The notes beneath the pieces were generated by a model. The model saw only the letters and a list, made by a program, of their open reading frames with translations. It was not told where the DNA came from and ran no database searches. The translations under genes and the position numbers were made by a program. A DNA stretch of 64,000 nt from Escherichia coli. Lineage in GTDB: Bacteria > Pseudomonadota > Gammaproteobacteria > Enterobacterales > Enterobacteriaceae. This document shows positions 46,217-56,221 of the stretch, piece after piece. Positions within the stretch are counted from its first letter, which is position 1. Each line of letters begins with the position of its first letter. The stretch lies in NCBI RefSeq assembly GCF_013315695.1, contig NZ_CP054353.1. One strand, given 5' to 3'.

Positions 46217-47551
46217 TTATTTCTGCAATTCCATACGTTTAATGTCGCCAACTACGAAGAGGTAGCAGACCATCGCCATCAGCGCTGAACATCCCACGAA
46301 AACCAGTGCTGCATTGAAGGAGTGCAGTTCACTTACCAGGTAGCCAATCACCAGTGGAGTGACAATGGAGGCAACATTGCCAAAGACGTTAAAGACGCCG
46401 CCGCAGAGACCAACAATCTCTTTCGGCGCGGTGTCAGAAATCACTGGCCAGCCCAGCGCACCAAATCCTTTGCCAAAGAAAGCCAGCGCCATCAGCATGA
46501 CCACCAGCGTGGTGTTGTTGGTGTAGTTACATAAGATGATGGTGGAAGCCAGCAACATTCCCAGCACAATCGGTAGCTTACGTGCCAGGGTCAGGGATAA
46601 ACCGCGTTTGATCAGATAATCCGAGAAGACACCTCCCAGCACGCCGCCCGCAAAGCCACACAGTGCCGGAATCGAGGCGACCAGACCCACTTTCAGAATC
46701 GACATGCCTTTTTCCTGCACCAGATAAATTGGGAACCAGGTGAGGAAGAACCAGGTGATGGTGTTGATAAAATATTGTCCGAAAAATACGCCCAGCATCA
46801 TGCGGTTAGAGAGCAATTGCTTGATGTAATGCAGTTTGGGACCGCTTGCTGCCGCACTGCCCGGCTTTTTGTGGTCCATATCGACCACCGCGCCATTTTC
46901 TGAGATAAACTTCAGCTCTTCCGCAGACATACGTGGGTGATCTGTCGGGTTATGAATCAACTTGATCCACAGCGCCGTCAGCACAAAACCAATCACCCCC
47001 ATAACGGTGAAGACGTGCTCCCAGCCCCAGGCGAAAGTCAGCCAGCCAAGCAGCGGCGAAAAGAGCGCCAGCGAGAAATATTGCGCCGAGTTAAAGATGG
47101 CGGAGGCAGTACCACGTTCTTTTGTCGGAAACCAGGCGGCGACAATACGGGCGTTCGCCGGGAATGATGGCGCTTCCGAGAAGCCGAGCATAAAGCGCAT
47201 AAAGAACATGGAGATCCCTGCCCAGGCCAGCGGGAACATATCAACAAAGCCTTGCAGGAAGGTGAACAGCGACCAGAAAAAGAGGCTGTAGGTGTAAACT
47301 TTTTTCGAGCCAAACTTATCAAGCAGCCAGCCGCCGGGAATTTGCATCAGCAGGTAGGCCCAGCCAAAAGCGGAGAAGATGTAACCCATCGAAACCGCAC
47401 TTAACTGCAACTCTTTTGCCACTTCGGTACCAGCAATAGACAGCGTTGCACGATCGGCGTAGTTAACGGCGGTAACAATAAAAATAATCAGTAATATTAA
47501 ATAGCGGGTATGCACGCCTTTCTTTTTTACGTCAACGGTGTCCAGAATCAT
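46217..47551 (-). CDS. garP: Galactarate/glucarate MFS transporter
   Basis: 444-aa polytopic ORF recognised as GarP. Confidence 0.9.
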   Translation of the reverse strand: MILDTVDVKKKGVHTRYLILLIIFIVTAVNYADRATLSIAGTEVAKELQLSAVSMGYIFSAFGWAYLLMQIPGGWLLDKFGSKKVYTYSLFFWSLFTFLQGFVDMFPLAWAGISMFFMRFMLGFSEAPSFPANARIVAAWFPTKERGTASAIFNSAQYFSLALFSPLLGWLTFAWGWEHVFTVMGVIGFVLTALWIKLIHNPTDHPRMSAEELKFISENGAVVDMDHKKPGSAAASGPKLHYIKQLLSNRMMLGVFFGQYFINTITWFFLTWFPIYLVQEKGMSILKVGLVASIPALCGFAGGVLGGVFSDYLIKRGLSLTLARKLPIVLGMLLASTIILCNYTNNTTLVVMLMALAFFGKGFGALGWPVISDTAPKEIVGLCGGVFNVFGNVASIVTPLVIGYLVSELHSFNAALVFVGCSALMAMVCYLFVVGDIKRMELQK

Positions 47552-47993
47552 TTTATTTACCTCGGGTACTTATGCTGATTTTTATTATTATGGGGAAGGT
47601 GTTATTTATGAGTTTTATTTATGCCGTTACGGCAATGAACTCGGGAATTAGTATAATCAGCGCGAGAATAATAATCATTGTGCAAATGCTAATTTAATTA
47701 ATACTATTTAAATATTATTTTGAGCATATGCACATAAGGTTGCGCGCTAAAGCACAGATTTGCGCTTTACCTTGCCGGGCGGCACTGCAATCCCTGAAAT
47801 GATTGACATTGATCACATTTCTGCGTTTAAACTCCTGACATTCTTATTTCACCCAATGAAGTAATTTATTTTTAAATGAGACCAGGTCCTCATTTTAATA
47901 ACCCCTGGCTGGAGAATATTGCACAATGGCCAACATCGAAATCAGACAAGAAACGCCAACTGCGTTTTATATAAAAGTTCACGACACAGATAA

Positions 47994-48002
47994 TGTGGCA
48001 AT
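47994..48002. repeat. IS1 target-site duplication, left copy (TGTGGCAAT)
   Basis: Same 9-mer directly flanks both IS1 ends. Confidence 0.8.
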
Positions 48003-48017
48003 GGTAATGACTCCAAC

Positions 48018-48521
48018 TTATTGATAGTGTTTTATGTTCAGATAATGCCCGATGACTTTGTCATGCAGCTCCACCGATTTTGAGAACGACAGCGACTTCC
48101 GTCCCAGCCGTGCCAGGTGCTGCCTCAGATTCAGGTTATGCCGCTCAATTCGCTGCGTATATCGCTTGCTGATTACGTGCAGCTTTCCCTTCAGGCGGGA
48201 TTCATACAGCGGCCAGCCATCCGTCATCCATATCACCACGTCAAAGGGTGACAGCAGGCTCATAAGACGCCCCAGCGTCGCCATAGTGCGTTCACCGAAT
48301 ACGTGCGCAACAACCGTCTTCCGGAGCCTGTCATACGCGTAAAACAGCCAGCGCTGGCGCGATTTAGCCCCGACATAGCCCCACTGTTCGTCCATTTCCG
48401 CGCAGACGATGACGTCACTGCCCGGCTGTATGCGCGAGGTTACCGACTGCGGCCTGAGTTTTTTAAGTGACGTAAAATCGTGTTGAGGCCAACGCCCATA
48501 ATGCGGGCTGTTGCCCGGCAT
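48018..48521 (-). CDS. insB: IS1 transposase InsB frame (expressed as InsAB' by -1 frameshift)
   Basis: 167-aa ORF identical to the one in copy 2. Confidence 0.9.
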
Positions 48522-48715
48522 CCAACGCCATTCATGGCCATATCAATGATTTTCTGGTGCGTACCGGGTTGAGAAGCGGTGTAAGTGAACTGCAGTTGCC
48601 ATGTTTTACGGCAGTGAGAGCAGAGATAGCGCTGATGTCCGGCGGTGCTTTTGCCGTTACGCACCACCCCGTCAGTAGCTGAACAGGAGGGACAGCTGAT
48701 AGAAACAGAAGCCAC
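48440..48715 (-). CDS. insA: IS1 InsA (transposition inhibitor / N-terminal part of transposase)
   Basis: 91-aa [24 protein letters not shown]... with zinc-finger Cys pairs. Confidence 0.9.
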
Positions 48716-48770
48716 TGGAGCACCTCAAAAACACAATCATACACTAAATCAGTAAGTTGGCAGCATCACC

Positions 48771-48779
48771 TGTGGCAAT
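48771..48779. repeat. IS1 target-site duplication, right copy (TGTGGCAAT)
   Basis: Matches 47994..48002. Confidence 0.8.
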
Positions 48780-50297
48780 TATTGTTAATGATAATGGCCT
48801 GAAAGCAGGAACGCGTTTTCCGGATGAGCTGGAATTAATTGAACATATTCCCCAGGGGCATAAAGTCGCATTGCTGGACATTCCAGCTAATGGTGAAATT
48901 ATTCGTTATGGCGAAGTGATTGGTTACGCCGTGCGCGCAATCCCACGCGGAAGCTGGATCGACGAATCAATGGTTGTACTACCGGAAGCGCCGCCGTTAC
49001 ACACGCTGCCACTGGCAACCAAAGTCCCGGAACCCTTACCGCCGCTGGAAGGATACACCTTTGAGGGCTATCGCAATGCCGATGGCAGCGTGGGCACTAA
49101 AAACCTGCTCGGCATCACCACCAGCGTCCACTGTGTAGCAGGCGTGGTGGACTATGTAGTAAAAATCATTGAACGCGATCTGCTACCGAAATACCCGAAC
49201 GTCGATGGCGTGGTGGGGCTGAATCATTTGTACGGCTGTGGCGTGGCGATTAACGCACCGGCGGCAGTTGTGCCTATTCGTACCATCCACAATATTTCGC
49301 TGAACCCTAACTTTGGCGGCGAAGTAATGGTGATTGGTCTGGGTTGTGAAAAGTTGCAGCCTGAGCGCCTGCTGACTGGAACGGATGATGTGCAAGCTAT
49401 TCCAGTAGAAAGCGCCAGCATTGTCAGTTTGCAGGATGAAAAGCATGTCGGCTTTCAGTCCATGGTCGAGGATATTTTGCAGGTCGCCGAACGCCATTTG
49501 CACAAACTGAATCGACGGCAGCGAGAAACCTGTCCGGCTTCAGAACTGGTTGTTGGCATGCAGTGCGGTGGCAGCGATGCGTTTTCTGGCGTAACGGCAA
49601 ACCCGGCGGTTGGGTATGCGTCTGATCTACTGGTGCGCTGCGGCGCAACGGTGATGTTTTCAGAAGTCACGGAAGTGCGTGACGCGATCCATCTGCTGAC
49701 ACCACGCGCAGTGAACGAAGAGGTCGGCAAACGGCTGCTGGAGGAGATGGAGTGGTACGATAACTATCTCAATATGGGAAAAACCGACCGCAGCGCCAAC
49801 CCTTCGCCGGGCAACAAGAAAGGCGGTCTGGCAAATGTGGTGGAGAAAGCGCTCGGCTCCATTGCTAAATCGGGTAAAAGTGCAATTGTTGAAGTGCTGT
49901 CGCCCGGCCAACGCCCGACTAAACGCGGATTAATTTACGCCGCGACGCCAGCCAGCGATTTTGTCTGTGGCACGCAACAGGTGGCTTCGGGTATCACCGT
50001 GCAAGTGTTTACGACCGGTCGCGGTACGCCGTACGGCCTGATGGCGGTACCCGTCATTAAAATGGCAACCCGCACCGAGCTGGCGAACCGCTGGTTTGAT
50101 TTAATGGATATTAATGCGGGCACCATCGCTACCGGCGAAGAAACTATTGAAGAGGTGGGCTGGAAGTTGTTCCACTTTATTCTCGACGTCGCCAGCGGGA
50201 AGAAGAAAACCTTCTCAGATCAATGGGGACTGCATAACCAGCTGGCGGTGTTTAACCCAGCACCGGTGACCTGATTTCTTTTGGAACGTCCCTCGCA

Positions 50298-50330
50298 AAA
50301 CATGGCCTTAGTGCCATGTTTTTATTGTTT
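50298..50330 (+). terminator. Rho-independent terminator after garD
   Basis: AAAACATGGC-CTTAGT-GCCATGTTTT perfect hairpin followed by TATTGTTT. Confidence 0.7.
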
Positions 50331-50422
50331 AAAGTCCCCACGTCCATTAATAATGCATTTGCATTACCTTAGTTCAAGCTTATAATTTGAGCAGAAAACA
50401 GGCTGTAAAAGGACAGTGAATC

Positions 50423-50758
50423 ATGCCCGCTAATGCTCGCTCTCACGCTGTACTGACCACTGAATCAAAGGTCACGATACGCGGACAAACAACTATCCCC
50501 GCGCCAGTGCGTGAGGCCTTAAAACTGAAGCCAGGCCTGGACAGCATTCATTACGAAATTCTGCCTGGTGGGCAAGTATTTATGTGCCGACTGGGAGATG
50601 AACAGGAGGATCATACTATGAATGCATTTTTGCGTTTTCTGGATGCAGATATCCAGAACAACCCGCAAATAACTCGTCCATTCAACATTCAACAAGGAAA
50701 GAAACTTGTCGCAGGCATGGACGTCAACATTGATGATGAGATTGGCGACGACGAATAA
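50423..50758 (+). CDS. prlF: PrlF (SohA) antitoxin, AbrB/SpoVT-fold
   Basis: 111-aa ORF with acidic C-terminus; stop overlaps the yhaV start (ATGA). Confidence 0.9.
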   Translation: MPANARSHAVLTTESKVTIRGQTTIPAPVREALKLKPGLDSIHYEILPGGQVFMCRLGDEQEDHTMNAFLRFLDADIQNNPQITRPFNIQQGKKLVAGMDVNIDDEIGDDE

Positions 50759-51222
50759 TGGATTTTCCACAAAGGGTTAATGGTTGGGCGCTATATGCTC
50801 ATCCCTGTTTTCAGGAAACCTACGACGCTTTAGTTGCCGAAGTTGAGACATTAAAGGGAAAAGATCCTGAAAATTATCAGAGAAAAGCCGCCACAAAGTT
50901 ATTGGCGGTAGTCCATAAAGTGATTGAGGAGCATATCACGGTCAATCCATCATCACCGGCATTCCGTCATGGCAAGTCGTTAGGCTCTGGGAAAAATAAA
51001 GACTGGTCACGGGTAAAATTTGGTGCTGGTCGTTATCGTCTCTTCTTTCGTTATAGTGAAAAAGAGAAAGTCATCATTCTGGGATGGATGAACGATGAAA
51101 ACACTCTGCGCACCTACGGTAAAAAAACAGATGCCTATACCGTATTCAGCAAAATGTTAAAAAGAGGACATCCTCCTGCCGACTGGGAAACCCTCACCCG
51201 AGAGACAGAAGAAACCCATTGA
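50758..51222 (+). CDS. yhaV: YhaV toxin (ribosome-dependent RNase)
   Basis: 154-aa ORF translationally coupled to prlF. Confidence 0.9.
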   Translation: MDFPQRVNGWALYAHPCFQETYDALVAEVETLKGKDPENYQRKAATKLLAVVHKVIEEHITVNPSSPAFRHGKSLGSGKNKDWSRVKFGAGRYRLFFRYSEKEKVIILGWMNDENTLRTYGKKTDAYTVFSKMLKRGHPPADWETLTRETEETH

Positions 51223-51276
51223 TGGTGTTCACAATGCCCGCCGAACGCATTCGTGTTGACCAGCGGGCACCCTTTC

Positions 51277-52086
51277 TCACTCCCCGACCAGAATCACTTC
51301 AACCCCAGCCTTTCGCAGTCCTTCCAGACTATCCGCAGGAATGCCTTCATCAACAATGATCATGTCGATACGTTGAGTATCAATGATCTTATGTAAACTG
51401 GAACGGTTGAACTTACTGGAATCGGTGACCACGATGATCCGTTCCGCAACTTCGCACATCCGACGGTTTAAACGGGCTTCATCTTCATTATGCGTGCTGA
51501 CGCCGCGCTCCAGATCGATCGCATCTACGCCAAGAAACAGCATATCGAAGTGGTAATTTTGCAGCGATTGTTCAGCCTGATCGCCGTAAAAAGATTGCGA
51601 CTGACGGCGCAAATGCCCGCCGGTCATCAGCAGCTCAACGCCTTCCGCTTCCAGCAACGCATTAGCCACGTTCATACCGTTGGTCATCGCAATTACGTCA
51701 GTGTGCTTGCGCATCAGACGAGCAATCTCAAAAGTGGTGGTCCCGGAATCGAGGATTACCCGATGACCTGGCTGAATCAACTCAACGGCAGCTTTCGCAA
51801 CGCTGCGTTTCATTGCGGTGTTCAGCGCGCTTTTATCTTCCACTGATGGCTCGACTGACGGCGTCGTGCTATCGCAGATCAACGCGCCGCCATAGGCACG
51901 CACAGCGATCCCCTGCTTTTCCAGAAACGCCAGATCGTTGCGGATCGTCACAGTAGATACACCATACAACGCCGATAGATCATTAACTTGCACACTTCCT
52001 TGCTGGCGCAGGCGTTGAATAATCTGCTCTCGTCGCTCACTGGTGCCTGTCACTCGCTTCTCGCCTGAAGCGTCGGTATTACTCAT
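51277..52086 (-). CDS. agaR: DeoR-family repressor of the aga regulon
   Basis: 269-aa ORF with N-terminal HTH, divergent from kbaZ. Confidence 0.9.
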
Positions 52087-52334
52087 AGTAAGTCCTTTCG
52101 TAAAACTTTCGTTTCATTTCGTTTTGCCTATTAACGCCTTTCTATTAAGCAAATGCAAGCCCACCTTACCCATTGGCGCAAGCTACTCTCGTTTCAGTGG
52201 CTTTCATTATGTTTCTTTTGTGAATCAGATCAGAAAACCATTATCTTTCGTTTTATTTTTATCTCACCATGGCGCAGTATCAACTGAAACAAAACGAAAG
52301 ATTAATATCGCAGTAATCTGAACTGGAGAGGAAA

Positions 52335-53615
52335 GTGAAACATCTGACAGAAATGGTGAGACAGCACAAAGAGGGCAAAACAAATGGGATTTATGCCGTT
52401 TGTTCCGCACATCCGCTGGTGCTGGAAGCTGCAATCCGCTACGCCAGTGCAAACCAAACGCCGTTACTGATTGAAGCAACCTCCAATCAGGTGGACCAGT
52501 TCGGCGGTTATACCGGAATGACGCCCGCCGATTTTCGCGGCTTTGTTTGTCAGCTCGCCGACTCGTTGAATTTCCCACAGGATGCGTTGATTCTGGGTGG
52601 CGACCATCTGGGGCCAAACCGCTGGCAAAACCTGCCTGCCGCTCAGGCAATGGCCAATGCCGATGATTTGATTAAAAGCTACGTGGCGGCAGGATTCAAA
52701 AAAATTCACCTTGATTGCAGCATGTCCTGTCAGGACGATCCGATTCCCTTAACTGATGACATCGTGGCCGAACGCGCCGCTCGTCTGGCGAAAGTGGCGG
52801 AAGAAACCTGCCGTGAACATTTTGGCGCGGCCGATCTGGAGTATGTCATTGGTACCGAAGTACCGGTACCTGGCGGCGCGCATGAAACCTTAAGCGAGCT
52901 GGCGGTCACCACGCCGGATGCCGCCCGCGCCACGCTGGAAGCCCATCGTCACGCCTTTGAAAAGCAAGGTCTGAGTGCCATCTGGCCACGCATCATTGCT
53001 CTGGTGGTACAACCCGGCGTCGAATTCGATCACACCAACGTTATTGATTATCAGCCCGTCAAAGCGACCGCCTTAAGCCAGATGGTCGAAAACTACGAAA
53101 CGCTGATTTTCGAAGCGCACTCTACCGATTACCAAACGCCGCAATCGCTGCGCCAGCTGGTGATTGACCACTTTGCCATTCTGAAAGTTGGCCCGGCGCT
53201 GACCTTCGCCCTGCGTGAAGCTCTGTTCTCTCTGGCGGCGATTGAAGAAGAACTGGTACCAGCAAAAGCCTGTTCTGGTCTGCGTCAGGTGCTGGAAAAC
53301 GTGATGCTCGACCGCCCGGAATACTGGCAAAGCCACTACCACGGTGACGGCAACGCGCGTCGTCTGGCGCGTGGTTATAGCTACTCGGATCGCGTGCGCT
53401 ATTACTGGCCGGACAGCCAGATTGATGACGCTTTCGCTCATCTGGTTCGTAATCTGGCGGATTCACCAATTCCGCTACCGCTGATCAGCCAGTATTTGCC
53501 GCTGCAGTACGTGAAAGTTCGCTCCGGCGAGCTGCAGCCAACGCCACGGGAACTCATTATCAACCATATTCAGGACATCCTGGCGCAGTACCACACAGCC
53601 TGTGAAGGCCAATAA
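52335..53615 (+). CDS. kbaZ: Tagatose-1,6-bisphosphate aldolase accessory subunit
   Basis: 426-aa ORF, GTG start, recognised as KbaZ/AgaZ. Confidence 0.85.
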   Translation: MKHLTEMVRQHKEGKTNGIYAVCSAHPLVLEAAIRYASANQTPLLIEATSNQVDQFGGYTGMTPADFRGFVCQLADSLNFPQDALILGGDHLGPNRWQNLPAAQAMANADDLIKSYVAAGFKKIHLDCSMSCQDDPIPLTDDIVAERAARLAKVAEETCREHFGAADLEYVIGTEVPVPGGAHETLSELAVTTPDAARATLEAHRHAFEKQGLSAIWPRIIALVVQPGVEFDHTNVIDYQPVKATALSQMVENYETLIFEAHSTDYQTPQSLRQLVIDHFAILKVGPALTFALREALFSLAAIEEELVPAKACSGLRQVLENVMLDRPEYWQSHYHGDGNARRLARGYSYSDRVRYYWPDSQIDDAFAHLVRNLADSPIPLPLISQYLPLQYVKVRSGELQPTPRELIINHIQDILAQYHTACEGQ

Positions 53616-53637
53616 GCAAAACAAAGAGGAACACGCT

Positions 53638-54111
53638 ATGCCAAATATTGTTTTAAGTCGGATTGATGAACGCTTGATTCACGGTCAGGTCGGCGTTCAG
53701 TGGGTCGGATTTGCGGGGGCAAATCTGGTGCTGGTAGCCAACGACGAGGTTGCCGAAGATCCGGTACAACAAAACCTGATGGAAATGGTACTGGCAGAAG
53801 GGATCGCCGTACGTTTCTGGACGCTGCAAAAAGTCATCGACAACATTCATCGCGCCGCCGATCGACAGAAAATCCTGCTGGTTTGTAAAACACCTGCCGA
53901 TTTCCTGACGCTGGTGAAAGGTGGCGTTCCGGTGAATCGCATTAACGTTGGCAATATGCACTACGCCAATGGCAAGCAACAAATCGCCAAAACGGTTTCT
54001 GTGGATGCGGGTGATATCGCAGCATTTAACGACCTGAAAGCCGCTGGGGTGGAATGCTTCGTTCAGGGCGTCCCGACAGAGCCTGCTGTGGACCTCTTTA
54101 AATTACTTTGA
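53638..54111 (+). CDS. agaV: PTS N-acetylgalactosamine-specific IIB component
   Basis: ORF 53602..54111; start at MPNIVLSRIDERLIHGQVG gives 157 aa. Confidence 0.85.
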   Translation: MPNIVLSRIDERLIHGQVGVQWVGFAGANLVLVANDEVAEDPVQQNLMEMVLAEGIAVRFWTLQKVIDNIHRAADRQKILLVCKTPADFLTLVKGGVPVNRINVGNMHYANGKQQIAKTVSVDAGDIAAFNDLKAAGVECFVQGVPTEPAVDLFKLL

Positions 54112-54121
54112 GGGATTCATC

Positions 54122-54901
54122 ATGGAAATCAGTCTGTTGCAGGCATTCGCGTTGGGCATTATCGCCTTTATCGCTGGCCTGGATATGTTTAACGGCCTAA
54201 CCCATATGCACCGCCCGGTGGTCCTCGGCCCGTTGGTCGGACTGGTACTTGGCGATCTGCATACCGGTATTTTAACCGGCGGTACGCTGGAACTGGTGTG
54301 GATGGGGCTGGCCCCGCTGGCGGGCGCACAGCCGCCTAACGTGATTATCGGTACTATCGTCGGCACGGCGTTTGCCATTACTACTGGCGTGAAACCCGAT
54401 GTCGCGGTCGGTGTCGCCGTACCTTTCGCTGTCGCAGTACAGATGGGGATTACCTTCCTGTTCTCGGTGATGTCCGGCGTGATGTCCCGCTGCGACCGGA
54501 TGGCGGAGAACGCCGATACACGCGGCATTGAACGCGTGAACTATCTGGCACTGCTGGCACTCGGCACGTTCTATTTTCTCTGCGCTTTCCTGCCTATCTA
54601 CTTCGGCGCAGAACATGCAAAAACCATCATTGATGTCCTGCCGCAACGATTAATCGACGGCCTCGGCGTCGCGGGCGGCATCATGCCAGCAATCGGTTTT
54701 GCCGTGTTGCTGAAAATCATGATGAAAAACGTCTACATCCCCTACTTCATCCTGGGCTTTGTTGCCGCAGCCTGGCTCAAGTTACCGGTGTTGGCTATTG
54801 CTGCCGCTGCGCTGGCGATGGCGCTGATCGACTTGCTGCGTAAATCTCCTGAACCGACTCAACCTGCGGCACAGAAAGAGGAATTTGAAGATGGCATCTA
54901 A
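54122..54901 (+). CDS. agaW: PTS GalNAc-specific IIC component (full length)
   Basis: 259-aa polytopic ORF, uninterrupted. Confidence 0.85.
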   Translation: MEISLLQAFALGIIAFIAGLDMFNGLTHMHRPVVLGPLVGLVLGDLHTGILTGGTLELVWMGLAPLAGAQPPNVIIGTIVGTAFAITTGVKPDVAVGVAVPFAVAVQMGITFLFSVMSGVMSRCDRMAENADTRGIERVNYLALLALGTFYFLCAFLPIYFGAEHAKTIIDVLPQRLIDGLGVAGGIMPAIGFAVLLKIMMKNVYIPYFILGFVAAAWLKLPVLAIAAAALAMALIDLLRKSPEPTQPAAQKEEFEDGI

Positions 54902-55769
54902 TCAAACTACCCTGCCGAACGTCAGTGAAAACGAAGAAACACTGCTGACTGGCGTCAATGAAAACGTGTATGAAGATCAGAGTATTGGCGCGGAGCTGAC
55001 GAAAAAAGATATCAACCGCGTCGCCTGGCGTTCCATGCTGTTACAAGCGTCTTTTAACTACGAACGTATGCAGGCTTCCGGCTGGTTGTACGGTCTGCTG
55101 CCTGCTCTGAAAAAGATCCACACTAATAAACGCGACCTGGCGCGCGCCATGAAGGGGCATATGGGTTTCTTCAATACCCATCCGTTTCTGGTGACGTTTG
55201 TTATCGGCATTATCCTTGCGATGGAGCGTTCTAAGCAGGACGTTAACAGTATTCAGAGCACCAAAATTGCCGTCGGTGCGCCGCTCGGCGGGATTGGCGA
55301 TGCGATGTTCTGGCTAACGCTACTGCCGATTTGTGGCGGGATAGGCGCAAGCCTCGCGCTACAAAGCTCTATTCTTGGCGCAGTCGTCTTTATTGTGCTG
55401 TTCAACGTGGCGCATCTCGGTTTGCGTTTTGGTCTTGCACATTATGCTTACCGCATGGGCGTGGCGGCGATTCCACTCATTAAAGCAAATACCAAAAAAG
55501 TCGGCCATGCGGCATCTATCGTTGGGATGACGGTAATCGGCGCGCTGGTGGCAACCTATGTTCGTTTAAGCACCACGCTGGAAATCACAGCGGGCGACGC
55601 AGTGGTTAAGTTACAGGCTGATGTTATCGACAAACTGATGCCTGCCTTCTTACCACTGGTCTACACCCTGACCATGTTCTGGCTGGTACGCCGCGGCTGG
55701 AGTCCGCTGCGCCTGATTGCGATTACCGTGGTTCTCGGCATCGTCGGTAAATTCTGCCATTTCCTTTAA
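54891..55769 (+). CDS. agaE: PTS GalNAc-specific IID component
   Basis: ORF 54885..55769; ATG at 54891 (MASNQTTLPN) gives 292 aa. Confidence 0.85.
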   Translation: MASNQTTLPNVSENEETLLTGVNENVYEDQSIGAELTKKDINRVAWRSMLLQASFNYERMQASGWLYGLLPALKKIHTNKRDLARAMKGHMGFFNTHPFLVTFVIGIILAMERSKQDVNSIQSTKIAVGAPLGGIGDAMFWLTLLPICGGIGASLALQSSILGAVVFIVLFNVAHLGLRFGLAHYAYRMGVAAIPLIKANTKKVGHAASIVGMTVIGALVATYVRLSTTLEITAGDAVVKLQADVIDKLMPAFLPLVYTLTMFWLVRRGWSPLRLIAITVVLGIVGKFCHFL

Positions 55770-55786
55770 ATACAATGAGGTATTAG

Positions 55787-56221
55787 ATGTTAAGTATTAT
55801 TTTGACAGGGCATGGCGGATTTGCCAGCGGCATGGAAAAAGCAATGAAGCAAATTCTCGGTGAGCAATCGCAGTTTATCGCCATCGATTTTCCGGAAACC
55901 TCAAGCACCGCGCTGCTTACATCGCAGCTTGAAGAGGCCATCGTCCAACTGGATTGTGAAGACGGCATTGTTTTTCTGACGGATTTGCTGGGCGGCACGC
56001 CGTTTCGCGTAGCTTCAACGCTGGCGATGCAAAAACCGGGCTGTGAAGTGATCACCGGCACCAATTTGCAACTGCTACTGGAGATGGTGCTGGAGCGCGA
56101 AGGGTTAAGCGGTGAAGAGTTCCGTGTGCAGGCGCTGGAGTGTGGACACCGTGGGCTGACCAGTCTGGTGGACGAGTTAGGCCGCTGCCATGAAGAATGT
56201 CCGGTCGAGGAAGGAATATGA
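55787..56221 (+). CDS. agaF: PTS GalNAc-specific IIA component
   Basis: 144-aa ORF recognised as AgaF. Confidence 0.85.
   Translation: MLSIILTGHGGFASGMEKAMKQILGEQSQFIAIDFPETSSTALLTSQLEEAIVQLDCEDGIVFLTDLLGGTPFRVASTLAMQKPGCEVITGTNLQLLLEMVLEREGLSGEEFRVQALECGHRGLTSLVDELGRCHEECPVEEGI

Larger units (their letters stand above)
48003..48770 (-). mobile_element. IS1 insertion sequence (768 bp), copy 1, simple insertion in garD
   Basis: Terminal inverted repeats GGTAATGACTCCAACTTATTGATAGTG ... CACTAAATCAGTAAGTTGGCAGCATCACC; insA and insB on the minus strand. Confidence 0.95.
47926..50274 (+). pseudogene. garD: Galactarate dehydratase gene interrupted by IS1 after codon 25
   Basis: ATG at 47926 encodes MANIEIRQETPTAFYIKVHDTDNVA then enters the IS1 end; the reading frame resumes after IS1 as ...[13 protein letters not shown] and runs to the native stop at 50274. 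Confidence 0.85.
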
